64,000 nucleotides of DNA, from positions 64,001 to 128,000 of the forward strand of contig JBDRZU010000002.1 in assembly GCA_039804105.1 (NCBI GenBank), in the 5' to 3' direction. Under the pieces are notes generated by a model. It saw only the letters and a program-made list of their open reading frames with translations, was not told the DNA's origin and did not search any database. The position numbers and the translations under genes were made by a program. Source of the stretch: a candidate division WOR-3 bacterium. GTDB lineage: Bacteria; Hydrothermota; 32-111. Shown one piece after another: positions 21,269-31,333 of the stretch. Each line of letters opens with the position of its first letter. Position 1 is the first letter of the stretch.

Positions 21269-21297
21269 TTAAGGGGGACAAAAGTGTCCCCCCTTAA
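21269..21297 (-). terminator. GC-rich stem-loop after serA, no U-tract
   Basis: ttaagggggaca-aaag-tgtccccccttaa inverted repeat with one bulge. Confidence 0.6.
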
Positions 21298-21300
21298 TAA

Positions 21301-22203
21301 TCATTTGTATTCTGAGATTATGCTCACGATTTCATCTGCGATCCTTTCCTGTGCCTCAAATGTCTGAGCACCTATGTGTGGTGTTGCCACAAAATTTTCA
21401 AATGTGAACAGTTCGTTCACAACAGGTGGTTCTGTCTCAAAAACATCCAGTGCTGCTCCCTTGATCAAACCTTCTTTTAATGCTGTTATCAACGCTTTTT
21501 CATCAACGATTCCACCTCTTGCACACGATATAAGGTATGCACTCTTTTTCATCTTTTTGAACTGTTCAAGTGAAATCATATTCTTTGTCTCATCTGTTAG
21601 AGGAAGATGCAAAGATATATAATCCGACTCTTTTAAAAGTGTATCAAGGTCAACAATTTTTATCGGCGGTTTAGACACCTCTTTGACATAGGGATCATAA
21701 CCTAAAACATTCATCTCAAAACCATAAAAACCTATCCTTGCTGTTTCCCTTCCAATCCTTCCAAGACCTATGATCCCTAAAGTTTTTTTGTAAAGTTCAT
21801 AACCTTCAAATTTCTTTTTCTCCCACTTTCCTTCCTTCATCGATTTATCAGCAACAGTTAAAGATCTCGCAAGAGAAAGCATATGTCCTATTGCAAGTTC
21901 AGCAACAGATTCACTCGATGCAGCAGGGGTATTTCTGACTTCAATGTTTTTTGTTTTGGCATATTCAACATCGATGTTATCAACACCAACTCCACCTCTT
22001 ATGATAAGTTTTAAATTTTTTCCAGCATCGATAATATTCTTCTTAACCTTTGTTGCACTTCTAACAATAATACAATCAAAATCAACTATGACCTTTTCAA
22101 GTTCCTCAGGTGGTAGTCCGGTTTTTACAACAACATCGTGTCCCATTCCTTTCAACTGGTTAACTGCTGAATCAGAGATCTTGTCACTCACAAGTATTCT
22201 CAT
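21301..22203 (-). CDS. serA: D-3-phosphoglycerate dehydrogenase, short form without ACT / D-2-hydroxyacid dehydrogenase
   Basis: IVRSATKV, GVGVDNID, GLGRIG, ARGG, LDVFETEP, TPHIGAQT. Confidence 0.8.
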   Translation of the reverse strand: MRILVSDKISDSAVNQLKGMGHDVVVKTGLPPEELEKVIVDFDCIIVRSATKVKKNIIDAGKNLKLIIRGGVGVDNIDVEYAKTKNIEVRNTPAASSESVAELAIGHMLSLARSLTVADKSMKEGKWEKKKFEGYELYKKTLGIIGLGRIGRETARIGFYGFEMNVLGYDPYVKEVSKPPIKIVDLDTLLKESDYISLHLPLTDETKNMISLEQFKKMKKSAYLISCARGGIVDEKALITALKEGLIKGAALDVFETEPPVVNELFTFENFVATPHIGAQTFEAQERIADEIVSIISEYK

Positions 22204-22212
22204 AATTCCTCC

Positions 22213-23280
22213 TTAAATTTTTAAAATATCGTTAATGTCATCGAGAAGTTCTTTAATATCTGATGGCATAAGATCACCCATCGCTGCTATTCTGAATGTA
22301 ATATCTTTTAGTTTTCCATAACCGTTTGATATCGTTTTTCCTCTTTTACCAAGTTCTTTGTTAAGATCCGAAAGGTTAAAGTTTTTATTATTTTTCAAAG
22401 TAACAACAGTCCATGACTCATAACCTTTTTCCGGGAATGTCTCTATACCTTTCTCTTTCGCCCAATCGAAAATCATATCTGCCATCTTTTTATGTCTTGC
22501 AAACCTGTTTTCCATACCTTCTGCAAGCATTCTGTCAAGTTGGACCTTCAGGGCGTTGATATGTGGTATCGATGGTGTTGATGGTGTTTGTCCTTTTTCA
22601 TCATATTTCAACATATCAACTATATCAAAATAGTATCCCCTGTTTTCAACAGTTTTTGCTTTTTCCGCTGCTTTCTGTGAAACTGTCATCACAGCAAGTC
22701 CTGGTGGAAGAGCAAAACATTTCTGGACACCTGCAAGAATAATATCGATTCCAAGAGCATCCACATCGATTTTATAACCTGTGAGTGACGAAACAGCATC
22801 AACAGCAAAGATCACATCAGGATATTTTTTCATAACCTCTGCAATTTCCTCGATTGGATTTTTCACTCCAGTTGATGTTTCGTTATGAACGAGAGTCACA
22901 AGATCATATTCACCAGTTTTCAATTTTTCATCTATCATTTCAGGTTTTATAGCATAGCCCCATTCAACCTTCAATGGATCTGCCTTTTTTCCATTTGCAA
23001 CCGCTATATCGTACCATCTGTCAGAGAAAGCACCACACATACAAGAAAGGATCTTTTTGTTTGATAGGTTTCTTACAACACTCTCCATACAGCCAGTTGC
23101 TGAAGATGTAAAGAGCAAAACTCTGTTTTTGGTATAAAGAACCTGCTGTAATTTGGGAATCACCTGATTGTAAAGTTCGGTAAACTCCTTCATTCTATGA
23201 CCTATCATCTCACAGGCCATAGCTTCCCTTACTTCCTTTACAACTTCGGTTGGACCTGGTATAAATAATTTTTTATGCAT
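22213..23280 (-). CDS. Class V PLP aminotransferase (serine-pyruvate/alanine-glyoxylate type; probable alternative phosphoserine aminotransferase)
   Basis: LFIPGPT, HNETSTG, VDAVSS, QKCFALPPGL, TPSTP; paired with serA. Confidence 0.88.
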   Translation of the reverse strand: MHKKLFIPGPTEVVKEVREAMACEMIGHRMKEFTELYNQVIPKLQQVLYTKNRVLLFTSSATGCMESVVRNLSNKKILSCMCGAFSDRWYDIAVANGKKADPLKVEWGYAIKPEMIDEKLKTGEYDLVTLVHNETSTGVKNPIEEIAEVMKKYPDVIFAVDAVSSLTGYKIDVDALGIDIILAGVQKCFALPPGLAVMTVSQKAAEKAKTVENRGYYFDIVDMLKYDEKGQTPSTPSIPHINALKVQLDRMLAEGMENRFARHKKMADMIFDWAKEKGIETFPEKGYESWTVVTLKNNKNFNLSDLNKELGKRGKTISNGYGKLKDITFRIAAMGDLMPSDIKELLDDINDILKI

Positions 23281-23308
23281 AGTTCCTCCTTCAAATTTTA
23301 ATATTAAA

Positions 23309-23337
23309 ATTGTATTTTATAAAACTCTCTTTGTCAA
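23309..23337 (-). promoter_or_regulatory. sigma70 promoter of the aminotransferase-serA operon
   Basis: TTGACA-17-TACAAT, followed by SD aaggagg. Confidence 0.75.
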
Positions 23338-23341
23338 TATA

Positions 23342-23369
23342 TTGACTTAAAAGTTCAACCTGTTAAAAT
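23342..23369 (+). promoter_or_regulatory. sigma70 promoter of hisJ-pepP-lgt (leaderless-type)
   Basis: TTGACT-16-(TGn)TAAAAT, 8 nt before ATG 23378. Confidence 0.7.
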
Positions 23370-23377
23370 AAGCAGAT

Positions 23378-24148
23378 ATGATGGATCTACATAACCATTC
23401 ACTTTATTCATACGATTCCAAAAGACCGATGGAAGATATCGTTGTTGAAGCACTATCAAAAAATCTAAAAATTTTAGGTTTTTCCGATCACCTTGATTTC
23501 AACGAGAACGATCCCGGTAATATGTTTTACAATGGTGAAAACCAATTTGAAGAATTTTTATTCTTAAAGAAAAAATATCAAAACAAAATAAAACTCTTTC
23601 TTGGAATAGAATCATCCTATGAAAAAAATTATAAAAAAAAGATAGTAACAACTTTTAAAAAATTCCCTTTCGATTATAGGATAGTTTCACTACATTTTGT
23701 TGAAGGAATAGTAATTTCCGATTGGATAGTTCAGATTGAAAAAGATAAAGAAAATATTTTAGATGTTGACTATGAAAAATATTTTTTACAACTTGAAAGT
23801 ATAATTGATTTTAAAAATTTTAACATTTTGGGACATATTGATTACTATAAAAAATATTCAAAATTTTCAGATCATAAAATCACATTTAAAAGGTATGAAA
23901 ATTACTATGAAAAAATTTTAACAAAAATTATCAAAAACAATATTATACTTGAAATAAACACAAGTGGACTCAGACATAAATGCAAAGAGCAGTTCCCATC
24001 AATTGAAATACTAACATTATATAAAGAACTTGGTGGGAAATACGTTTCAACAGGTTCTGATTCACACAAGGATGGAGATGTTGCTTTTGGATTTGAAAAC
24101 ATTGAGAAGATCATTAAAAATTTAAACTTTGAAATTTTTAAACCATAA
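23378..24148 (+). CDS. PHP-family histidinol-phosphatase (HisJ-like)
   Basis: DLHNHS, FSDH, GIE, SLH, GHID, EINTSG, GSDSH. Confidence 0.85.
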   Translation: MMDLHNHSLYSYDSKRPMEDIVVEALSKNLKILGFSDHLDFNENDPGNMFYNGENQFEEFLFLKKKYQNKIKLFLGIESSYEKNYKKKIVTTFKKFPFDYRIVSLHFVEGIVISDWIVQIEKDKENILDVDYEKYFLQLESIIDFKNFNILGHIDYYKKYSKFSDHKITFKRYENYYEKILTKIIKNNIILEINTSGLRHKCKEQFPSIEILTLYKELGGKYVSTGSDSHKDGDVAFGFENIEKIIKNLNFEIFKP

Positions 24149-24157
24149 GGAGAATCT

Positions 24158-25408
24158 ATGATTCCAAAAGAAATTTTCAAAAAAAGAAGAGAAAAAGTTC
24201 TAAAATCGATGGAAAAAAATTCGGTTCTTCTTCTTGATTCAGCATCATTTAAAGAAAAAAATTCTGAGAACAATTATATTTATAGGCAAAGTTCAAACTT
24301 TTTTTATCTAACAGGTTACAAGGAACCTTCATCAACTCTTCTACTTTACAAAGGAGAAAAAGAAGAAAAAGAGATACTCTTTGTTGAGGAGAACAATCCT
24401 TACTATGAGGTATGGACTGGTAAGAAAAAATCTGATAAAGAGGTAAAAGAGGAAACAGGAATTGAGAATGTTTTTTACAACAAAGATTTTTACTTCTATT
24501 TTGGGAACTATGTTAACAGAGGCGTGATATGTTATTTTGATTTTGCAAACGAAAAAGTTACAGAATTCTTAGGATACAACCATTACAAAATATCAAAACT
24601 AAGGGAACATTTTCCACAGATAAAATCTTTCTTACCTGCAAACAATCTGATATACCCCCTAAGAGCGATAAAAGATAAATATGAGATAGAATGTATAAAA
24701 AAGGCAATCGATATTACAAAAGAGGGAATAATCAACTGTATGAAAAATGCACATGAGGGAATGTTCGAATATGAGATTCAGGCAGAACTTGAATATATAT
24801 TTTTAAAAAATGGTGTTTTTGTGCCAGCATTTCCTTCAATAGTAGCTTCAGGTAAAAACGGTGCAACTTTACATTACACATCAAACAATCAGAAGGTAAA
24901 AAAAGGTGACCTGATACTTATAGATGTTGGTGCGGAATATGAACTATATTCTGCTGATATAACAAGGGTCTTTCCTCCAAAAAGGAGATTTTCAGAAAAG
25001 GAAAAAAGGTTATATCACCCCTTACTTGAGATACAGGAAAAGATCATCGATTCGATAAAACCTGGTTTGAGTATGAAGAAGTTAAACGAAACAACAAACG
25101 AACTGATTGGAAAATTGCTTGTAAAGCTCAACTATATTAAAGATGTGAAGGATGTAAAAAAATATTATCCACATTCTATTGGACATATGCTCGGTCTTGA
25201 TACACATGACATTTCATCAGTTCCAAGGTATATGCCTGAACTTCAAGAAAACATGGTTTTAACAATTGAACCAGGAATATATATACCAGAAGAAGAGATT
25301 GGACTCAGGATTGAAGATGATATACTCGTTACAAAAAATGGATACAAAAATCTTTCAATCGAGATTCCCAAAACTATAAAAGATATAGAAAAAGTTGTTG
25401 GAGTTTAA
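24158..25408 (+). CDS. pepP: Xaa-Pro aminopeptidase (M24)
   Basis: YRQSSNFFYLTG, LHY, DVG, ADITR, HSIGHMLGLDTHD, TIEPGIY, RIEDD. Confidence 0.92.
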   Translation: MIPKEIFKKRREKVLKSMEKNSVLLLDSASFKEKNSENNYIYRQSSNFFYLTGYKEPSSTLLLYKGEKEEKEILFVEENNPYYEVWTGKKKSDKEVKEETGIENVFYNKDFYFYFGNYVNRGVICYFDFANEKVTEFLGYNHYKISKLREHFPQIKSFLPANNLIYPLRAIKDKYEIECIKKAIDITKEGIINCMKNAHEGMFEYEIQAELEYIFLKNGVFVPAFPSIVASGKNGATLHYTSNNQKVKKGDLILIDVGAEYELYSADITRVFPPKRRFSEKEKRLYHPLLEIQEKIIDSIKPGLSMKKLNETTNELIGKLLVKLNYIKDVKDVKKYYPHSIGHMLGLDTHDISSVPRYMPELQENMVLTIEPGIYIPEEEIGLRIEDDILVTKNGYKNLSIEIPKTIKDIEKVVGV

Positions 25409-25409
25409 T

Positions 25410-26222
25410 ATGCACAGAATAATTTTTCATTTTGGTAACATCACACTCTATTCTTATGGTTTAATGCAGGCAATCGGATTTCTTGCTTCACTATTTGTAA
25501 TATTTCAACTTTCAAAGAAATCAAAAATCTCAAAAGATGTGCTTTTTGATCTTTCGGTCTGGGTTATAATAGGTGGAATAATTGGTGCAAGGATCTGGTT
25601 TGTTGTTGAAAATTTTAACATATACAAAGATGAAATCTTGTCAATTATAAAAATCTGGGAAGGTGGAATGGTCTTTTACGGTGGTTTCTTTGGTGGTGTT
25701 ATCGCAGGACTTATTTATATCAAACGAAACCATCTTGATCTGCTAAAAGTTGGAGATATTTTTATGACTTCATTTCCACTCGGAATATTTTTTGGTAGAA
25801 TCGGTTGTTTTCTGAACGGGTGCTGTTATGGTAAAATTTCTGAAACTTTTGGTTTAAGATTTCCAAGGGAAAATTTTCCACCACCCTATCAGGAACAACT
25901 TGAAAAAGGTTTAATCAAACCTGATGTATGTTGTTCTCTTCCTGTGATTCCAACTCAACTGGTAGAATCATTCACAATGCTTATCATTTTTTTCATTTTA
26001 TACTATCTATACAACAGAAAAAAATTTTTTGATGGATTCATTTTTTACTCTTTTTTTATAATTTATGGGATTGAAAGATTTCTTGTTGATTTTTTAAGAG
26101 AATACTCAAAAAATGCTTTGGTTTTCAAATTCTTTTCTCTTTCACAGATAACTTCACTTCTTATAATTCTTTTCTCTTCAATTCTTTTATTTACAAGTTA
26201 TAAAAAATCAAAAAAGGTATAA
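25410..26222 (+). CDS. lgt: Prolipoprotein diacylglyceryl transferase
   Basis: YG, GAR, IWEGGMVFYGG, GRIGCFLNGCCYG, PTQL, RFLVDFLR; ATG 25410 with SD ggag. Confidence 0.93.
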   Translation: MHRIIFHFGNITLYSYGLMQAIGFLASLFVIFQLSKKSKISKDVLFDLSVWVIIGGIIGARIWFVVENFNIYKDEILSIIKIWEGGMVFYGGFFGGVIAGLIYIKRNHLDLLKVGDIFMTSFPLGIFFGRIGCFLNGCCYGKISETFGLRFPRENFPPPYQEQLEKGLIKPDVCCSLPVIPTQLVESFTMLIIFFILYYLYNRKKFFDGFIFYSFFIIYGIERFLVDFLREYSKNALVFKFFSLSQITSLLIILFSSILLFTSYKKSKKV

Positions 26223-26225
26223 ATA

Positions 26226-26254
26226 AAAAAGCCCCCTTAAAAAGGGGGCTTTTT
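26226..26254. terminator. Bidirectional rho-independent terminator between lgt and the S8 peptidase gene
   Basis: aaaaagccccctt-aaa-aagggggcttttt between convergent stops. Confidence 0.9.
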
Positions 26255-26270
26255 CTTATTTTAATCTACC

Positions 26271-29200
26271 TTATTTCAGATAGGTCATCTTCATAGTTGA
26301 TTCATATCCTGATGCAGAGAGTTTATAGAAATAAACACCCGCTGCAACACTCTTTCCTGAATTATCTTTACCATCCCATTTTGCTGTATACCAGGAAACA
26401 TCTTTGACTTCATTAACAAGTGTCTTAACAAGTTTTCCTGTTATATCGTAAACAGCAAGAGTAACTTTTCCTTTTACTGGAACAGCATACTCAATAACTG
26501 TTACATCTTTGAATGGATTTGGCTGATTCTGTGAAAGAGTGTAAGTTGTAGGTCTTGGTTTACCTGAAGCAACAACTTTAATAACTGGATGCTCAGTCTT
26601 CACACCATTCTTTGATACATCGGAAACTTTGTAGTAGTAAACGGTTCCACCATAAACCTTTGTATCTGTGAATGTGTATGTTGAAGGAGCATTCTTTGCT
26701 TCAAGTGTTCCTATCTTTTCAAAGTTGAGTCCATCAACAGATCTTTCGATTATCCATGAAGAGTTGTCAAATTCAGATGTTGTTGACCATTTGAGTGTTA
26801 TCATATTGTTGTCTGCTATCGCTGAAATTTCAGTCATCTGAACTCTTGTAAGTGTTGTGGCAGCATCGACAACAACAACTGAACCTTCAAATGCATCACC
26901 CCAGTTAGCAGGTGTCTTTGCTGGAGAAGCATCTCTACCTCTGACCCAGATTTTTACAGTTCCAACTGGCCATCCAACTGTTGAAGGAACTGTTGCTGTA
27001 ACCTGTTCGTAGAGTTCATCGAATGCGCCATCTACTGCTGTCATTGGATTACCTGTTCCTGCTGGTGCAGGTGTTGGGCCATATGACCATTCAGCAGCAC
27101 TGATGTTTGACATACCTGTTGTTGAATCAGAAATTATTGCTGTAATTGTAAATGAAGTTGGAAGTCCAAGTCCTGCTGCATTTCCAACTGGTGATGGAGA
27201 TGTCTGGATTGAACCAGCATAAACTATTGGTCCAAGATAATCACCACCAACTCTTGAAATCGTGAAATTACCAGTTGTTGCTTCTCCTGTCATTGCAGGA
27301 TAAACATTTTTATCTTTTACTTTTACTTTTACTCTATATTTATTACCATTAAGTAAGGTTGAAACATCCCAGTTGTATGGTGAAGTCAAAGTAGTTCCTT
27401 TAGTTATAAGGATCCATGAATCACCACCATTTGGTGAATAATATAGATATGTTGTATCTATTGCAGCACCACCATAAGCTGTTGCTGTCCATGAAATTGA
27501 AATTGTATTTGTTGTATAAGTGTTTCCAGCAACTGGTGAACTTATTGTAACATCTGGGTGATCATGACCGATAAGCCAGATAAGGTTGTTGTTCAAAATG
27601 TTTGTTCTTGTTGTTGAAGTTTTATTTGTTGTATCAATCTGTGTTATTTCAAACGCGTTGAATATAACTCTTGTCTTATATCCACCCCAGACACCAACTC
27701 CAAGTGTTCCAAGATTGTTTGTTGATTCCCATTTTGTTCCAACAACTGGACCTGTTGCAGAATTCCATCTCCATACATTTGTTGAAGTTCCTGCAACAAA
27801 AGCATTTGAAACACCATACATTGAATCACCATCAGCACCACTTCTGTATGGGTTGTATGGAACACCTGTTGTATAAGAACCAGAGATTGGATCTCCACTT
27901 ACTCCGTAAAGTGTGAAGTTTCCTGTTGCAACTATATCACCAACATATCTACCCATCATATAGTTTATAACAAAGAGTGAATCATTTCTGTCTGTTCCAA
28001 CATAACGAAAACCATCAGTTGAAGCCATTGCCCAACCGAAATCGTGTCCTGTGTATGCGATCCTACCACCACCTGCTTCATAAAGTTTCAATGATTCTTC
28101 CTGTGGTTTTGTGAGTGGTGGATAATTTTCTTGACCTGACTGTAAGAATATCGCTTTGAAGTTTCTCATCAAATTTGTAACTGGAATCTGTCCAAAATTG
28201 TTCAAAGATGTCTGATACCATGCATAATTCCAACCACCCTGTTGTATAGCATAGACCAAAAAGTCAGGATGAGCAAATAGTTCACCTTCAAGGTTATCAT
28301 CTGTAACAAGAACCAGAATATCAGCACCTGCTATATCAACAGTTGCAAACTGGTAATGTTTACCATTGTTATCATCTCTTACAGTATTTCCTTTATGATC
28401 TTTTGATTCAACATCAAAATAATAAACTGTGTTAGGTGTGAGTCCTGAAACAATTATCGCCTGGTCACCTGAATGATCATAAACAAGGTTTGGATTCTCT
28501 GCTGTTTCGTATCCGAGTGCTGTTGTTGGTCCATAATAGACCTTTCCTGTTGTTGGCTCAGTTGTTGTCCATGCGATAAATGCTCTTGTTCCTTCTGCTT
28601 TTTCACATCTGACATTGTAGATTGTAAATGTTTCGTTATCGATCAATGCTCTTGCTGTAACTGTTGCTACTGGATTTGTATCATTGTAGACAGCCCAGAT
28701 CGTATCGATTTTGTTAACACCAAGGAAACCATCGTTGAAGTTCGATAATATTGGTGCCTGATAAGCAATCTGGATTGAACCTTTGAAAAGTCCAGTTGTT
28801 CCTGTAATCATAACATATTCTGTATCACCAAGTTTTGAATACACTTTTACAAAAGCAGTATCTGGCATACTATCTTTAAGAACTCCTAAATTCAAATCTG
28901 TCACACTGATTGTTGCAATTGAATCAATACATGAATAAACCGCTTTATCAAATTTAACATAACCATTGTTCAAATTGTTAACTGAATAGGATACAACTAT
29001 TGCGTATGGTTGTGGTGAAACAGGGCAATCTGTTGCAACAACTCTGACTCTCCATGTCCCTGTTGCAGGTGTCAAGTTTCTATACTGTTCTATTGTATTT
29101 AAATGATCTGATCCTGAAACAAGTGTTCCAGAAGGATTGTAAACCTGTAAATCAAGATCATTTACAAGAGTTGTATCTGTAACAGTATTATCACCAAAGA

Positions 29201-31130
29201 ATGGTGCTGGATAATCTGTCCAGACCAAAGTAACTCTTAACTCGTTTGCACCATCTGTAACATTGAACTGGTATTCAACATATTCACCAGTTAAAAGTCC
29301 ATCCTGATTATCATCAAAAACAACTGCTTTTGGTGATGTTGATGGAGCAACACTGAACATCAAGCAGTTGTTCAACTGTAATCTTCCAAAACCGTAGTTG
29401 TTGTTTGGTATTGTCTGACCACAATCGTTTGCTGAATTCACTGCGAGTGCTCTTATGAGTGCTGATGATGGATTTGTTATCGCATTTTCTGGTCTTTTTG
29501 TTCCCGTTGGATAAAATCCCTGAGCAAGATAATCTCTTATAAGTGCGATTGCACCTGCTGAGAATGGTGTTGCCATTGAGGTTCCCTGCATGCTAACATA
29601 GTTTGATGTTGCACCTGATGTTCTACCATCAGCAGACATAACAGTTTCACCTGGTGTTAAAAGTGTAACACCATATCTTCCATCAGCAGTTGGGCCTCTC
29701 GATGAGAACGATGAAATAGATACTGGAGAAGCTTCTGAGCATGAACCTGCTGCGTAAACATCTTTTGCACATGCTGTTCCAGATATTGTTCCCGCTGCTG
29801 AACCATCGTTACCTACTGCAAAATGAACATTGAAATCTTTATGATCCCACATATAAGCATCTGTCAACTGACATCCCTCATCATAAGCACCTGCAAGTTC
29901 AGGATATGATGAAACAGAAGGACCATAGGAGTTTGAGGTTATTCTTGCACCATGAACATACATTGTATCAAACATCGAATAACAATCTATTGGAACCCAT
30001 AAAAAAGGATCAACACTATTTCCGCAATCCATAAATAATATTTTTGCCTCTTTTGCGATTCCATCATAGTTTGATGATCCAAGATTATCATCAGAACCTG
30101 CTGCTGTACAAGAAGTGTGTGTTCCATGATATGAGTTGTTGTTATCATCACCAAAATCAAGTGTATCAAGGAAGGATGGATGTGATGGTAAATAAGCGAT
30201 AACCTTTCTATGAGTTGGATAATATCCCCATGTTGTCAATGGAACTGCTGGATCGTAGAACTGATAATGTCCCATCGTTATTCCGGAGTCGGTAACATTT
30301 ATTATCTGTCCATTTCCTTTCACTCTTCTTGCCCAAATCACAGTATCAGTGACAACTATTGTTCCATTCATGATTATCGCTCGACCATCATCGTTTCTTG
30401 GATATTTTTTCGCATACTGCATCATAAGATAAACATCTTTTAACTTTGCAACTTCAGAGATCATATTTTCAGGAATTTCAATCAAAAATGTTGCAAGAGC
30501 GGTTGTTGGCTGTGATTTATCAAGTATCTTTGCACCAAGTTTCTTAAGATTTTCAAGTGTTTCGTAGTAAGAACCGTTTCTGAACAACCTGACAACTATC
30601 TCTCTTTTAACATCTGATTTTGAATTCAAAAACTTTGGAGATGCTTTGTAAGCAGGATGCCAGAGTGAAACAAATTTTATGTAAGGGAGTTGTGAAATCT
30701 TTTCAACATCACTATCCCTCATCTTAACTATGTAACCATAGTTGTGAATCGGCCATTCAAATTTCACATCATAATTTGAAAGTTCACTTTTATACTTTTC
30801 AAGCACTGGACCTGAGAACTTCAAAATGTAATAGTTTGTCCCATCCTTTGTCAATCTTGCTTTCAATTCTGATGGGATATTTGGTTCTCCATTCCTGACA
30901 TCAAAATCATGATAAGGAAGATGGAGAATGTTAGGATCCTTCATAGTTTTTACCATCTCTTTACCCTTTGTGATGGATTTGAAACCATCAGCAAGAGGAT
31001 TAAAATATGTTCCATTATCCATTGATGGTGCACTGTTTTCAACAACTGTCGCTTTGTTGTTCACCGATTTTGCACCAACGAAAAGAAGGATAAGGGAAAC
31101 AAGAAGCAGTACTGTTAAAAATCGCTTCAT
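26271..31130 (-). CDS. Large secreted S8 subtilase (Kp43-like) with FN3/Ig-like modules and a C-terminal FlgD-Ig/T9SS type A-like sorting domain
   Basis: Signal peptide MKRFLTVLLL.. with SD ggagg (start 31130); triad VTDSG / HGTH / GTSMATP; GFGR; C-terminus QNQPNPF..YDITGKLV..WDGKD..GVYFYKL. Confidence 0.9.
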   Translation of the reverse strand: MKRFLTVLLLVSLILLFVGAKSVNNKATVVENSAPSMDNGTYFNPLADGFKSITKGKEMVKTMKDPNILHLPYHDFDVRNGEPNIPSELKARLTKDGTNYYILKFSGPVLEKYKSELSNYDVKFEWPIHNYGYIVKMRDSDVEKISQLPYIKFVSLWHPAYKASPKFLNSKSDVKREIVVRLFRNGSYYETLENLKKLGAKILDKSQPTTALATFLIEIPENMISEVAKLKDVYLMMQYAKKYPRNDDGRAIIMNGTIVVTDTVIWARRVKGNGQIINVTDSGITMGHYQFYDPAVPLTTWGYYPTHRKVIAYLPSHPSFLDTLDFGDDNNNSYHGTHTSCTAAGSDDNLGSSNYDGIAKEAKILFMDCGNSVDPFLWVPIDCYSMFDTMYVHGARITSNSYGPSVSSYPELAGAYDEGCQLTDAYMWDHKDFNVHFAVGNDGSAAGTISGTACAKDVYAAGSCSEASPVSISSFSSRGPTADGRYGVTLLTPGETVMSADGRTSGATSNYVSMQGTSMATPFSAGAIALIRDYLAQGFYPTGTKRPENAITNPSSALIRALAVNSANDCGQTIPNNNYGFGRLQLNNCLMFSVAPSTSPKAVVFDDNQDGLLTGEYVEYQFNVTDGANELRVTLVWTDYPAPFFGDNTVTDTTLVNDLDLQVYNPSGTLVSGSDHLNTIEQYRNLTPATGTWRVRVVATDCPVSPQPYAIVVSYSVNNLNNGYVKFDKAVYSCIDSIATISVTDLNLGVLKDSMPDTAFVKVYSKLGDTEYVMITGTTGLFKGSIQIAYQAPILSNFNDGFLGVNKIDTIWAVYNDTNPVATVTARALIDNETFTIYNVRCEKAEGTRAFIAWTTTEPTTGKVYYGPTTALGYETAENPNLVYDHSGDQAIIVSGLTPNTVYYFDVESKDHKGNTVRDDNNGKHYQFATVDIAGADILVLVTDDNLEGELFAHPDFLVYAIQQGGWNYAWYQTSLNNFGQIPVTNLMRNFKAIFLQSGQENYPPLTKPQEESLKLYEAGGGRIAYTGHDFGWAMASTDGFRYVGTDRNDSLFVINYMMGRYVGDIVATGNFTLYGVSGDPISGSYTTGVPYNPYRSGADGDSMYGVSNAFVAGTSTNVWRWNSATGPVVGTKWESTNNLGTLGVGVWGGYKTRVIFNAFEITQIDTTNKTSTTRTNILNNNLIWLIGHDHPDVTISSPVAGNTYTTNTISISWTATAYGGAAIDTTYLYYSPNGGDSWILITKGTTLTSPYNWDVSTLLNGNKYRVKVKVKDKNVYPAMTGEATTGNFTISRVGGDYLGPIVYAGSIQTSPSPVGNAAGLGLPTSFTITAIISDSTTGMSNISAAEWSYGPTPAPAGTGNPMTAVDGAFDELYEQVTATVPSTVGWPVGTVKIWVRGRDASPAKTPANWGDAFEGSVVVVDAATTLTRVQMTEISAIADNNMITLKWSTTSEFDNSSWIIERSVDGLNFEKIGTLEAKNAPSTYTFTDTKVYGGTVYYYKVSDVSKNGVKTEHPVIKVVASGKPRPTTYTLSQNQPNPFKDVTVIEYAVPVKGKVTLAVYDITGKLVKTLVNEVKDVSWYTAKWDGKDNSGKSVAAGVYFYKLSASGYESTMKMTYLK

Positions 31131-31292
31131 CTTACCTCCTTTTATCTTTTCACTCATTTTTTCACAAACTTTCATAATTTAATTTTAAGCAAAATTTATA
31201 CCACTAAAAGCAATAAGTTTAACATTTTATAAATATTTTATAAATGTTTTTAGTAAAAATTTAATAAATATGTGAAAATTTTGCATTTTTTA

Positions 31293-31324
31293 AATTTAGG
31301 GTGCAAATAAATGCACCCTAAATT
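31293..31324 (-). terminator. Stem-loop after the 603-aa secreted protein gene
   Basis: aatttagggtgca-aataaa-tgcaccctaaatt, 13-bp stem. Confidence 0.7.
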
Positions 31325-31333
31325 CCCCTTGAA

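Noticed and set aside
23333..23346. Perfect palindrome gtcaatatattgac as a repressor operator (similar spaced pairs near 35348-35379, 49979-49998, 62916-62946)
   Set aside because: Fully explained by back-to-back -35 boxes of divergent promoters; spacing varies between sites
31131..31175. Upstream in-frame ATGs extending the S8 peptidase to 1634 aa
   Set aside because: The extension encodes the SD (KGGK = aaaggaggtaag); the signal peptide starts at 31130
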